Assembly: GCA_035506175.1 (NCBI GenBank)
Contig: DATJPZ010000123.1
Coordinates: forward strand, 6,980 to 70,979
Origin: Thermoanaerobaculia bacterium
GTDB lineage: Bacteria > Acidobacteriota > Thermoanaerobaculia > UBA5066 > Gp7-AA6
Direction: 5' to 3'
DNA: 64,000 nucleotides
How positions within the stretch are numbered: position 1 is the first letter of the stretch; every line of letters starts with the position of its first letter. Under the pieces are notes generated by a model. It had not been told where the DNA came from. It ran no database searches and saw only the letters and a program-made list of their open reading frames with translations. Positions 8,115 through 17,053 of the stretch are shown here, one piece after another. Position numbers and translations under genes: made by a program.

Positions 8115-9116
8115 ATGAAGGCCTTCGTTCTCGATCGCTACGGAAGCGCCGATGGTCTCCGGGCCAGCGAGGTACCCGATCCGGTACCGCAGGACCATGA
8201 CGTCCTGGTGCAGGTCCACGCCGCCGGGGTCAACCTTCTGGATTCGAAAATCCGAAACGGCGAGTTCAAGCGGATTCTGCCGTATCGCCTGCCGCTCGTT
8301 CTGGGCCATGACGTGGCCGGGGTCGTGGTCCGGGTCGGATCTCGAGTGCGGCGGTTCAAGCCCGGCGACGAGGTCTATGCGCGGCCGGCGGACGGGCGAA
8401 TCGGCGCGTTCGCGGAATTCGCCGCCGTCGAAGAAGACGACGTGGCGATCAAGCCCGGAGCACTCACCATGGCGGAAGCGGCGTCCATCCCCCTGGTCGG
8501 CTTGACCGCCTGGCAGGCCCTCGTCGAACGAGCGAATCTGAAAAAGGGGCAGAGAATTCTCATCCACGCGGGGTCGGGTGGCGTGGGCACATTCGCCATT
8601 CAACTGGCCAGGCACCTCGGCGCGACGGTCGCGACGACCACGAGCACGGCCAACGTGGAACTGGTCAGGGGCCTCGGCGCGGACATCGTGATCGACTACA
8701 AGAACGAGGACTTCGCCGACGTCCTCCGGGACTGCGACGTCGTGTTGAACAGCCTCGACCGGGTGACGCTCGAGAAGTCTCTGCGAGTGCTCAAGCCCGG
8801 CGGCCAGCTCATCTCGATCTCGGGCCCGCCCGATGCGGCGTTCGGGCGAAGCATCGGCGCGCCATGGATCGTGAGGACGATCATGAGCGTCTTGAGTCAC
8901 GGGATTACGGCGAAAGCGAGACGCCGCCAGGCACGCTACTCGTTTCTTTTCATGAGGGCCAATGGCGACCAGCTGGCCAGGATCACGTCTCTCATCGATG
9001 ACGGAATCATTCGCCCGGTCGTCGATCGAGTTTTCCCTTTCGCATCGACCAGGGAGGCCATGGCCTACCTCGAAGCGGGGCGCGCAAGAGGCAAGGTCGT
9101 CGTCTCGCTGAGGTGA
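8115..9116 (+). CDS. NADP-dependent oxidoreductase, MDR / quinone oxidoreductase family
   Basis: GroES-like N-terminus (PLVLGHDVAGVV) and a Rossmann motif (HAGSGGVGTFAIQLA). Full-length at 333 aa. Confidence 0.9.
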   Translation: MKAFVLDRYGSADGLRASEVPDPVPQDHDVLVQVHAAGVNLLDSKIRNGEFKRILPYRLPLVLGHDVAGVVVRVGSRVRRFKPGDEVYARPADGRIGAFAEFAAVEEDDVAIKPGALTMAEAASIPLVGLTAWQALVERANLKKGQRILIHAGSGGVGTFAIQLARHLGATVATTTSTANVELVRGLGADIVIDYKNEDFADVLRDCDVVLNSLDRVTLEKSLRVLKPGGQLISISGPPDAAFGRSIGAPWIVRTIMSVLSHGITAKARRRQARYSFLFMRANGDQLARITSLIDDGIIRPVVDRVFPFASTREAMAYLEAGRARGKVVVSLR

Positions 9117-9363
9117 AACGCGGCGGGTCAGCCGAGCTCCCCGGGGGAGTGAGCGCGACGACGGGCGGGCAGCGATCGCCGGGACACGGGGCGTTGTCCC
9201 GGTCCCCAATTCCTCGCCCGACGAGCTCTCGAGAGGGGTTCCGGAGCGAGCCTGACCGGAGCCCTCGCGAGGCACGGGGACGCCGGGGCAGGCCCGGTGA
9301 CGGCAGCCGCGGGAGCGGCTTCCAGGCCGCGAGCGCTTCTTCCTTTGTCCTATCCTCGGGGGT

Positions 9364-10161
9364 GTGGAGAAGATCCGGCTCCTGACGTACCTCGCGCCGA
9401 GCATTCCGTCCGGGCTCTTCGAGCTCGTCGCCGAGGAGATCGAGGCGCGCACGGGCGTCGCGGTCGCTCTCGACTTCGAGACCGCCGTCTCGGGGCCGAC
9501 GCCGGACGACGATCCGTTCGCGCAGGACCGTGCCGATCTCGCTTTCGTGTGCGGGCCGTCGCTCGCGCTGCTGCGGGCCGCGGGCCGCCCGGTCGAGATC
9601 GTGGCGGCCGCACCCGTCTTCGACGATCCGCGCAACGGCGGTCGGCCCGTCTATTTCTCGGACGTCGTCGTCCGGCGCGATCACCCGGCCGGGGAGCTCG
9701 CGGACCTGCGGGGCTCGGTCTGGACCTACAACGACCGCCGGTCGCTCTCGGGCTGGTTCCGCATGCTCTCGAAGCTCGAAGCGCTCGGTTTCGGGCGCGA
9801 CCCCGACGCCTTCTTCGCGCGCGTGGTTCCGTCCGGATCGCACCTGGCGTCGATCGATCTCGTCGCGCGGGGCGAAGCCGACGTCTCCGCCGTCGATTCC
9901 AACACGCTCCTGCTCGCCCGCAAACGGAGCCCGGTTCTCGAGGAACGCCTGCGTGTTCTCGAGACCTGGGGGCCTTCTCCGGTCCAGCCGCTGATCGCGC
10001 GGTCGGGGCTTCCGCCGCCGCTTCCGGCGCGGATCGCGGCGGCGCTGCTCGGGATGGGGGAGTCTCCGGATTCCTCGCGCCGTCTTCGAGAGTACGGCGT
10101 CCTGCGATTTGCGCCGGTCCTCGAGCGGGATTACCGGGAGCTCGCCTTCGACCGTTCCTGA
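9364..10161 (+). CDS. PhnD/SsuA-like substrate-binding-fold protein with no signal peptide
   Basis: GTG start. The layout resembles a periplasmic-binding-protein type 2 (phosphonate-binding-like) fold. The N-terminus MEKIRLLTYLAPSIPSGLFE is not a signal sequence. Confidence 0.7.
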   Translation: MEKIRLLTYLAPSIPSGLFELVAEEIEARTGVAVALDFETAVSGPTPDDDPFAQDRADLAFVCGPSLALLRAAGRPVEIVAAAPVFDDPRNGGRPVYFSDVVVRRDHPAGELADLRGSVWTYNDRRSLSGWFRMLSKLEALGFGRDPDAFFARVVPSGSHLASIDLVARGEADVSAVDSNTLLLARKRSPVLEERLRVLETWGPSPVQPLIARSGLPPPLPARIAAALLGMGESPDSSRRLREYGVLRFAPVLERDYRELAFDRS

Positions 10162-10238
10162 GCGGCGCCTTCGGCGGGCGTCCGAAAGAAACCGGCAGAC
10201 GATCTGAAACATTTCCTTCCCCATAGCGTCTTAGGGGA

Positions 10239-10580
10239 GTGGGAGGGATGATGCCGCCGAAACTGCCGCTCGTTCCGGGGACCCTCGACCTGCTCGTCCT
10301 CGGCGCCCTGTCGGGCGGGGCCCGGCACGGCTACGGCATCGCGACCGTCATCGAGGAGCGCACCCACGGGGCGCTCGAGGTCGAGGACGGCGCGTTGTAC
10401 CAGGCGCTCCATCGCCTCGACCGGGACGGCCTGGTCGACTCCGAGTGGCGCCCGTCGGAGAACAACCGGCGCGCCCGGTACTACGCGCTCTCGACCGCGG
10501 GCCGCAGGCGCCTGCGGCAAGAGGCCCTGACCTGGCGGCGATACTCCAAGGCGGTCGAAGCCGTGCTCCAGGAGGCCTGA
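10239..10580 (+). CDS. PadR family transcriptional regulator
   Basis: Winged-helix motif LDLLVLGALSGGARHGYGIATVIEERTHG...GALYQALHRLDRDGLV. The start could instead be the ATG at 10248 or 10251. Confidence 0.9.
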   Translation: MGGMMPPKLPLVPGTLDLLVLGALSGGARHGYGIATVIEERTHGALEVEDGALYQALHRLDRDGLVDSEWRPSENNRRARYYALSTAGRRRLRQEALTWRRYSKAVEAVLQEA

Positions 10581-10581
10581 G

Positions 10582-13275
10582 ATGTTTCGAGACGAGCGCG
10601 GCCAACGGCGGAGGCCCTTCTGGTACCTCCGGCGGCGGCCCGAGACCGTGGCGGCCGAGGTCGACGAGGAGCTCGAGAGCCACCTGGCGATGCGCGTCGA
10701 GGAGCTCCGCGCGAAGGGCCTGTCGGAGGCCGAGGCGCGCCGCGAGGCCCTGCGCCGGTTCGGCGACTTCGACGCGGTGCGCGCGTCCTGCCGGAACCTG
10801 GACGACGGGAAGGAGAACCGCGTGCAGCGGCGACTCTGGCTCGAGGATCTGCGCCACGATCTTCGAATCTGCCTGCGGGGCCTCGCCCGGGCGCCGCTCG
10901 TGAGCCTGACCATCATGGCGACGGTCGGCCTCGGGATCGGGGCGACGACCGCGATCGCGACCGCCATCCACGCCGTGCTGCTTCGCCCGCTGCCGTACGC
11001 GAACCCGGAAGAGCTCGTCCGCATCTACACGGACTCGCCGCCGAACAAGTTCCGATTCTCCGTCGCCGACTTCCAGGCCCTCGAGACACAGCAGACGCAA
11101 TTCGTGCGGGTCGCGGGGTACACCGAGCGGTCCGTGGCCTGGAGCGACGGCGCGACCGCCGAGAAGCTGCGGGCCCGGTCCGTGTCCTGGCGATACTTCG
11201 GACTGCTCGGCCTGCCTCCGGCGCTCGGCCGGGACTTCACCGAGGCGGACGGCAAGCCCGGCGCTCCGCGGACGGCGCTCGTCAGCCACCGCTTCTGGAC
11301 GGAGCGCCTCGGCGGCGCAGCGGACGCCGTCGGCCGGACGGTCCGCTTCGACGGCGTTCCTTACACGGTCGTCGGCGTTCTTCCGCCGCGGCTCGGTCCG
11401 CTCGAGCACGGGGTCGAGGCGTTCACCGCCGCGCAGTGGGCGCCGCCGCCGCGCAAGGGGCCCTTCTTCATCGTCACGCTCGGGCGCCTGAAGCCGGGCG
11501 CCGCGCGTCCGGCGGCCGAGGAGCTGCGCGCGATCAACCGGCGGATTTTCCCGCTGTGGCAGTCCTCGTACGCCGACCGGCGGGCGACCTGGTCGATGAA
11601 CGACCTCAAGACCGAGATCGTCGGCGAGGCGAAGACGCCCGCCGGCCTCGCGCTCGGCGCGGTCGCGCTCGTCTGGCTCATCGCGTGCGCGAACGCCTCG
11701 AACCTCCTCGTTGCCCGGGTCGTGAACCGCCGCCGCGAGCTCGCGGTGCGCTCCGCGCTCGGAGCGACGCGCGAGCGCGTCGTCCGGCACCTCCTCGCGG
11801 AGAGCGCGCTGCTGGCGATCGGGGCGGCGGTGCTCGGCGCCGCGCTCGCGGGCATCGGGACGCGGCTGCTGCGGTCCCTCGGCGAGACCTACACGCCGCG
11901 GGCCGCGGAGATCGCCCTCGGCGGCGGCTCGATCGTCCTCCTGGTGGTCCTCGCCGCGGCGAGCGCGCTCCTCTTCGGCCTCGCGCCGGCCGTGCACGGG
12001 ACCGGCGGGGCGCCCGCGGCCGAAGCCCTCCAGGGATCGGGCCGGACCGCGACCGGAGGCGTCGCGGCCCGCCGCCTGCGGCGGGTCCTCGTCGGCACCC
12101 AGTTCGCCGTCGCGACGCCGCTGCTCGTCGTCGCGGGGTTGCTGCTCGCGAGCCTGCACCGGCTCCAGCGCGTCGACGTCGGCTTCGACCCGCGCCACGT
12201 CATCGGCGGATCGATCTACCTGCCCGAGGCGCCGTATCCCGACGCCGGGAAGGTCGCCGCCTTCTGGGACGAGCTCGAGCGGCGGGTCGCGGCGCTGCCG
12301 GGTGTCGCCGCGGTCGCTTTTGCGGACGGACGCCCCCCGGACGACGTCGGCAACTTCAACAACTTCGACCTCGAGGATTTCCCGACGCGGCCGGGAGAGT
12401 CGGAGCCCGTGACGCCCTGGGTCCAGGTATCGCCGGAATACTTTCGACTGCTCGGGGTGCCGCTTCTCGAAGGGCGCACCTTCGACGAACGCGACGGCGG
12501 CACCGGGTCCATCGAGGAGGCCGTCGTCGACCGCGCCTTCGCCAGGCGCTTCTTCCCGAACGGCAGCGCCGTCGGAAAGCGATTCCACGAGGGCGGGTGC
12601 CGCGAATGCCCGTGGACGAGGGTCGTCGGCGTCGTCGGAAACGTCAAGTACGCCGGGCTGGCGCAGCCGGACGCGGGCAGCGTGTACTGGCCGATGCCGG
12701 GCCGCGCGACCACGCCGAATCCCGACTCGATGGTGCGCTTCCGCTACCTTCTCGTCCGGACGAAGTCGGATCCGGCGAGCCTCGCGCCGGCGATCGGGCG
12801 CGTCCTCCACGACCTCGACCCGGGCATTCCCATCGCGAACGTCGCCACGCAGGAAGACCTCCTCGCGACGTCGGTCCAGGCGACGCGGTCCCTCTCGCTG
12901 CTCGTCGGCGGCCTCGCGATCGCGGCGCTTCTCCTCTCCGTCATCGGGATCTACGGCGTCATGGCCTACTTCGTCGAGCAGCACGCGCGCGAGGTCGGCA
13001 TCCGGCTGGCGCTCGGCGGCAGCCGGAGAGCCATCCTCGGCCTGATCGTCGGCCAGGGGATGCGCGTCGCGGCCGCCGGCGTCGCGTTCGGGCTCGGCGC
13101 GGCGGCGCTGGCGACGCGCCTGATCGCGAGCCTTCTCTTCGGGATCGGCGCCGCGGACGCGCCGACGTTCGCCGGTGTCGGCGCCGTTCTGGCTCTGGCG
13201 GCGCTGCTCGCGTGCCTGATTCCGGCAAGGCGCGCGGCGTCGGTCGCTCCCGCGTCGGTCCTCCGCGGCGACTGA
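10582..13275 (+). CDS. ADOP-type duplicated ABC transporter permease (MacB-like, two FtsX domains)
   Basis: The ATG lies 1 nt after the padR stop. The N-terminal cytoplasmic helix region (EELESHLAMRVEELRAKGLSEAEARREALRRFGD) is typical of the acidobacterial duplicated orphan permease family. Two MacB-periplasmic/FtsX modules are present. Confidence 0.9.
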   Translation: MFRDERGQRRRPFWYLRRRPETVAAEVDEELESHLAMRVEELRAKGLSEAEARREALRRFGDFDAVRASCRNLDDGKENRVQRRLWLEDLRHDLRICLRGLARAPLVSLTIMATVGLGIGATTAIATAIHAVLLRPLPYANPEELVRIYTDSPPNKFRFSVADFQALETQQTQFVRVAGYTERSVAWSDGATAEKLRARSVSWRYFGLLGLPPALGRDFTEADGKPGAPRTALVSHRFWTERLGGAADAVGRTVRFDGVPYTVVGVLPPRLGPLEHGVEAFTAAQWAPPPRKGPFFIVTLGRLKPGAARPAAEELRAINRRIFPLWQSSYADRRATWSMNDLKTEIVGEAKTPAGLALGAVALVWLIACANASNLLVARVVNRRRELAVRSALGATRERVVRHLLAESALLAIGAAVLGAALAGIGTRLLRSLGETYTPRAAEIALGGGSIVLLVVLAAASALLFGLAPAVHGTGGAPAAEALQGSGRTATGGVAARRLRRVLVGTQFAVATPLLVVAGLLLASLHRLQRVDVGFDPRHVIGGSIYLPEAPYPDAGKVAAFWDELERRVAALPGVAAVAFADGRPPDDVGNFNNFDLEDFPTRPGESEPVTPWVQVSPEYFRLLGVPLLEGRTFDERDGGTGSIEEAVVDRAFARRFFPNGSAVGKRFHEGGCRECPWTRVVGVVGNVKYAGLAQPDAGSVYWPMPGRATTPNPDSMVRFRYLLVRTKSDPASLAPAIGRVLHDLDPGIPIANVATQEDLLATSVQATRSLSLLVGGLAIAALLLSVIGIYGVMAYFVEQHAREVGIRLALGGSRRAILGLIVGQGMRVAAAGVAFGLGAAALATRLIASLLFGIGAADAPTFAGVGAVLALAALLACLIPARRAASVAPASVLRGD

Positions 13276-13573
13276 GCGCGGCGGCGTTCCGATCGCGACG
13301 GGCAGGCGAACGCGCCTGGCCGATCCAGGGGCGTCGGACGGTGCGGCCGGGGTGGTGGGTGCCGACGATGCCGCTGTCGACTCGGTCCTTCGCCGTGCCG
13401 CTGATCGGGGTGACGAGACGACCGCGCTGGCGAGACCGGACGCGGCCGAGAGGAGCGTGCCCGCGAAACGGAGGAGAATCGGGAGCCGGACGACGCGGCG
13501 TTGGGCATGACGACTTTTCCCCGGCGCGAAAGGGCGTCGCGAACGGTCGACGGCGGGTGAACGGAGGGAAGCA

Positions 13574-14011
13574 ATGGACATCGGCGCGGACTGCCGTGTC
13601 GGAGCAGGCCTGATCCTGCTCGTCGCGGCGGGCGCCTGCAGCCATGGCCACTCGAAGCCGGTCATCGAATCGGGCAAGGACTTCCCCTGCCGCTCGGCGA
13701 TCAGCCTCGATGGCGAGCCTTCGCCGGTCGAGGTCGTCGCGATGATCGGCGAACCGCTCGAGCGGCGGAGGATCGGCGGCGGCGAGGTGTTTCACTACGC
13801 CGTGCGAGGCCGGTACGGCGATCACGTCCGGCTCTTCGGGCTCGTCCCGGTTTCCGAGCCGCACTACTTCTGGAGCTGCGACGTCCGCCTCGAATTCCGG
13901 GACGGGCACCTTTACGCGATCACGCACGCACGGGAGAGCCTGGGGCCCGACGGGGCCGAAAGGGACGGGCCGACGACGCGAGTCGTGGCGCCGCCGGCGC
14001 CGGGGCGCTGA
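13574..14011 (+). CDS. Hypothetical lipoprotein
   Basis: GGAGGG Shine-Dalgarno before the ATG. Lipobox-like LLVAAGAC. I recognise no family. Confidence 0.55.
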   Translation: MDIGADCRVGAGLILLVAAGACSHGHSKPVIESGKDFPCRSAISLDGEPSPVEVVAMIGEPLERRRIGGGEVFHYAVRGRYGDHVRLFGLVPVSEPHYFWSCDVRLEFRDGHLYAITHARESLGPDGAERDGPTTRVVAPPAPGR

Positions 14012-14015
14012 GCGG

Positions 14016-14447
14016 CTACTTCGGTTTCGGCGTATCCTGCGCGGCCACGATCTGCCACGTTCCGTTCCGGCGGATCCACGTGTCGGTCCACAGCGCCGCG
14101 CCCTTCGTGCCGTCGGTCATTTCCCAGGAGTCCGTTCCCCGGGCGACGGCGGCGTCGCCGTAGACGCGCACGGAGACGTCGCCGACGACCATCGACTTGA
14201 ACCGGCCCTTCGCCTCGGCGATGTCCTGAAGCGCCTGCGGCTTCTCGTAGCGCACGCCCCTGGAGGTGATGCCGACGAAGTCGTCCGCGATGAAGTCCTT
14301 CGCGGGCCCGGGCACGCCGGTGACGAAGCACTCGCCCCAGGCGCGCTCCATCCGGATGATCTGCGCGGACGGATCGGCCGCGGGAGGCTCGGCTCCGGAC
14401 GCGGACGCGGCGATGGCCGCGACGAGGGCGGCGAAGAGGCGTTTCAT
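14016..14447 (-). CDS. SnoaL-like / DUF4440 (NTF2 fold) secreted protein
   Basis: The start was set at the second ATG (14447) because AAGGAG lies 9 nt upstream and the signal peptide MKRLFAALVAAIAASASG follows. The C-terminal WTDTWIRRNGTWQIVAAQ is typical of DUF4440. Confidence 0.8.
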   Translation of the reverse strand: MKRLFAALVAAIAASASGAEPPAADPSAQIIRMERAWGECFVTGVPGPAKDFIADDFVGITSRGVRYEKPQALQDIAEAKGRFKSMVVGDVSVRVYGDAAVARGTDSWEMTDGTKGAALWTDTWIRRNGTWQIVAAQDTPKPK

Positions 14448-14461
14448 TTCGGTGGCTCCTT

Positions 14462-16024
14462 TCATCGGGGCGTTGCGCGAACCCGGTCAACGGGCCGGCC
14501 CGTCGCGGGGTCGAGAATGAGCCGTCGGCGCCCGGCCGCGCCCGGCTTCCGGCCGGCCTCGAAATCGAAGAGGCCCGAAAGGGAGCCCGCTTGCGCGTCG
14601 AAGGACTGGTCGCCGAGGCGCCCGAGGCTCCAGTTGTCCTCGATGAAACGCAGGATCGACGTCGTGTCGAGGAGCGCGTGGTCCACGAAGTTCGTCCGGG
14701 CGTGGGGCGAGATGACGACGAGCGGCAGCCGCTGCCCGTAGCCGCAGCGTCCCGGGTACGCGCCCGGCGCCGGGATGCCGCAGTCTCCCGACGGGGGCGC
14801 GCCCTTCAGGCTCGGCCCGGTGAGCGCGTCGGCCGGCGTGTTCGATCGGCTCACGATCGGCGGCATGACGTGGTCGTACCAGCCGTCCGAGTCGTCCCAC
14901 GCGATGACGATCGCCATGTCCGCCCACTCCGGAAGCCGCTGGAGCCGGTTGATCGTCGCGACCAGAAACGCCTGCTCGGCGAGCGGGTCCGAGTAGCCGG
15001 CGTGGCCGTCCTGGTAGGCGGCCGCTTTCAGGTAGCTCACGTCGGGAAGGTGGCCGCTCTCGGCGGCGGCCCAGAAGTCCGCGAGGTCGTACTGGTGATT
15101 CGCGGCGTCGGTGCGCCCGATCATCGCGACGGAGCTCGGCGGCAGGTGGTGGGGGTTCGCCGTCGAGGCGTAGTACTGGAAGGGCTCGTGGTGCGGGAGA
15201 TAGTCCTGCGTCGGCTGCCCGTCGCTGCCCGTGTGGCTGGCGCCGCAGGTCGCCTTCCCGCCGGCGTCCCGCGCGGTGGGGCGAAATCCGCCCTGGAACC
15301 AGCCCCAGCGGATGCCGCGGGCGTTCAACAGGTCGCCGACGTTTTTTCCGGAGAGACCCACCGCCTCGGTCGTGTGGCAGTCGTCGTAGTACGGCTCGGG
15401 GTCCCCGATGAGCGTGGCGGTTCCCGGGATCACCTCGTCTTGCGTGATCGTGCCGCTGACGACGTCGACGCCGTGCGTCTGGCCGGAGACGAGGTTGATG
15501 TGGCCCGGTGTCGACGGCCCAAAGGTCGTGTCGAAGAGGTTGTCGCTGATGGCGTAGGCCTGCGCGTAGTTCCAGAGCGCCGTCACGGTGTTGCCGTCGA
15601 AATAGCCCATGACGGTCTTCGGGTCGCAGGGAGACTCCGCGTTTCCGGTGAATTCCACGAAACGGTCCATGAGGCCGCCGTGCATGGCCTGCTGCTCGGG
15701 GGTGTAGTCGTGGTCCTGGTCGCACGTGGCCGCCTGGGCCCGCGACAGCCGGAAGGGCGGCGCGGCGTTCGGGTTGTGCGTCAGCAGGGCGCCCGAGAGG
15801 CCGTTGACGGCCGGCGTGCCCGGGGCCGCGTGGAAGGCGGGCTCGCCCGGAGGATTGAGGGCGACGGGGTACGTCGCGAAGTAGTGGTCGAAGGAGACGT
15901 TTTCCTGAAAGATGACGACGACCTTCCGGATCGCCGTCGTGGTCTGGCCTCCGGCGACTGCTGTTGCCAGCGCGCCGACCGCGCCGAGAGCCGCTCGGGC
16001 CGCAACTCTTCTGATGTCGTTCAT
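14462..16024 (-). CDS. Phosphoesterase family protein (AcpA acid phosphatase / non-haemolytic phospholipase C family)
   Basis: Motif VVVIFQENVSFDHYFATYP. The start was set at MNDIRRVAARAALGAVGALA (signal peptide). The 80 upstream codons of the track ORF are non-coding-like. Confidence 0.85.
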   Translation of the reverse strand: MNDIRRVAARAALGAVGALATAVAGGQTTTAIRKVVVIFQENVSFDHYFATYPVALNPPGEPAFHAAPGTPAVNGLSGALLTHNPNAAPPFRLSRAQAATCDQDHDYTPEQQAMHGGLMDRFVEFTGNAESPCDPKTVMGYFDGNTVTALWNYAQAYAISDNLFDTTFGPSTPGHINLVSGQTHGVDVVSGTITQDEVIPGTATLIGDPEPYYDDCHTTEAVGLSGKNVGDLLNARGIRWGWFQGGFRPTARDAGGKATCGASHTGSDGQPTQDYLPHHEPFQYYASTANPHHLPPSSVAMIGRTDAANHQYDLADFWAAAESGHLPDVSYLKAAAYQDGHAGYSDPLAEQAFLVATINRLQRLPEWADMAIVIAWDDSDGWYDHVMPPIVSRSNTPADALTGPSLKGAPPSGDCGIPAPGAYPGRCGYGQRLPLVVISPHARTNFVDHALLDTTSILRFIEDNWSLGRLGDQSFDAQAGSLSGLFDFEAGRKPGAAGRRRLILDPATGRPVDRVRATPR

Positions 16025-16223
16025 GTCTTCCTGCCTCCGCGTCGGGGGAGAGTGCCCGCTCGGGGGGCGGAGATCAAGTCCGTCAGGCGTGGGGACGGTG
16101 CGCGGCTCGAAGGCTTCACGGGGCTCTAACAGGGCCCGTTCAGGCAGCCGGATCACGAAACGAAGAAAATCGCCCAAACGAGTCATAAGCTCGTTGCGAG
16201 CTTGGAGTCGCGAGGAGGCAGCC

Positions 16224-16859
16224 ATGAAGAGCATCGTCGACCTGAAGCTCGAAGTCGTCGTCATTCCCGTCGCCGACGTCGACCGCTCGAAGAGGTTCTA
16301 CGCCGGTCTCGGCTGGAGGCTCGACGCCGACTTTCCGTTCGAGAACGGTTTTCGCGTCGTCCAGTTCACGCCGCCGGGCTCCGGGTGCTCGGTTCAGTTC
16401 GGCACGAAGATGACGTCGGCCGCTCCCGGCTCGGCGTCGGGGCTGTACCTGGTCGTCACCGACATCGAGGCGGCGCGCGCGGACCTCGCGCGGCGCGGCG
16501 CGCCCGTCGGCGCGGTGTTCCATCCCGGCGCGCCCGGCGCGCAATTCCAGGCCGAGGGCTCGGGCGGGCGCGTGGCCGGAGCCGCGCCTGACCGGGGCAG
16601 CTACGGTTCCTTCGCCACGTTTCGAGATCCGGACGGCAACGGCTGGCTGCTGCAGGAGGTGACGGCAAGGCTTCCGGGCCGCGTCGACGCGGCGGCGACG
16701 ACGTTCGCCTCGGCCGCGGATCTGGCGAGCGCGATGCGGCGCGCGGAGGCGGCCCACGGCGAGCACGAGAAGCGGACGGGCCAGCGCGACGTGAACTGGT
16801 CGGACTGGTATGCCGGGTCCATGGCGGCCGAGCAGAGCGGCGCGAAGCCGCTCGAGTAG
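16224..16859 (+). CDS. VOC (glyoxalase/bleomycin-resistance fold) family protein
   Basis: GAGGAGG Shine-Dalgarno before the ATG at 16224. Motifs: VVIPVADVDRSKRFYAGLGW and FRDPDGNGWLLQE. Confidence 0.8.
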   Translation: MKSIVDLKLEVVVIPVADVDRSKRFYAGLGWRLDADFPFENGFRVVQFTPPGSGCSVQFGTKMTSAAPGSASGLYLVVTDIEAARADLARRGAPVGAVFHPGAPGAQFQAEGSGGRVAGAAPDRGSYGSFATFRDPDGNGWLLQEVTARLPGRVDAAATTFASAADLASAMRRAEAAHGEHEKRTGQRDVNWSDWYAGSMAAEQSGAKPLE

Positions 16860-16885
16860 TCCTGGAGACGCACGCCGCGATTCCC

Positions 16886-17053
16886 GTGCTCCTCGCCTCG
16901 CGCGACTTCGCGCTCTTCTTCCTGCGTCTCGTCGTCGCGATCGTCTTCGGCGCGAGCGGTTACTACCACGCGAAGGACCCGGTCGGCCGCGCGAAGAGCG
17001 TCGAGCTCTCGCCGGCGGCCACGCGGGCGCTCGGCATCGCCGAGATTCTGGGG
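16886..17053 (+). pseudogene. DoxX-like membrane protein, N-terminal fragment only
   Basis: MLLASRDFALFFLRLVVAIVFGASGYYHAKDPVGRAKSVELSPAATRALGIAEILG looks like the first ~56 aa of a DoxX-like protein. After about 17053 the frame runs into out-of-frame hydrolase sequence. Confidence 0.45.

Noticed and set aside
9117-9363. The hairpin ccgggaca-N8-tgtcccgg after the quinone oxidoreductase gene, considered as a terminator or riboswitch element.
   Set aside because: The 8-bp stem has no U-tract. GC-rich DNA produces such stems frequently, so this is not enough to call a feature.
13276-13573. A 298-bp gap after the ADOP permease, examined for a small ORF, riboswitch or sRNA.
   Set aside because: No frame has a credible start with a Shine-Dalgarno. 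There is no conserved-looking structure or repeat that I could recognise, and the short peptide-like stretches were not convincing.
10348-13677. A 1109-aa ORF on the minus strand, opposite the ADOP permease gene.
   Set aside because: The product is dominated by Arg/Pro/Gly/Ala/Asp runs with no recognisable motif. It lies antisense to a gene with clear family features. This is the expected stop-codon-poor antisense frame of very GC-rich coding DNA.
16810-17052. Use of the ATG at 16810 as the start of the alpha/beta hydrolase.
   Set aside because: It would add about 80 Arg-rich residues. It would also overlap both the 3' end of the VOC gene and the DoxX-like fragment. A deletion junction explains the data better.
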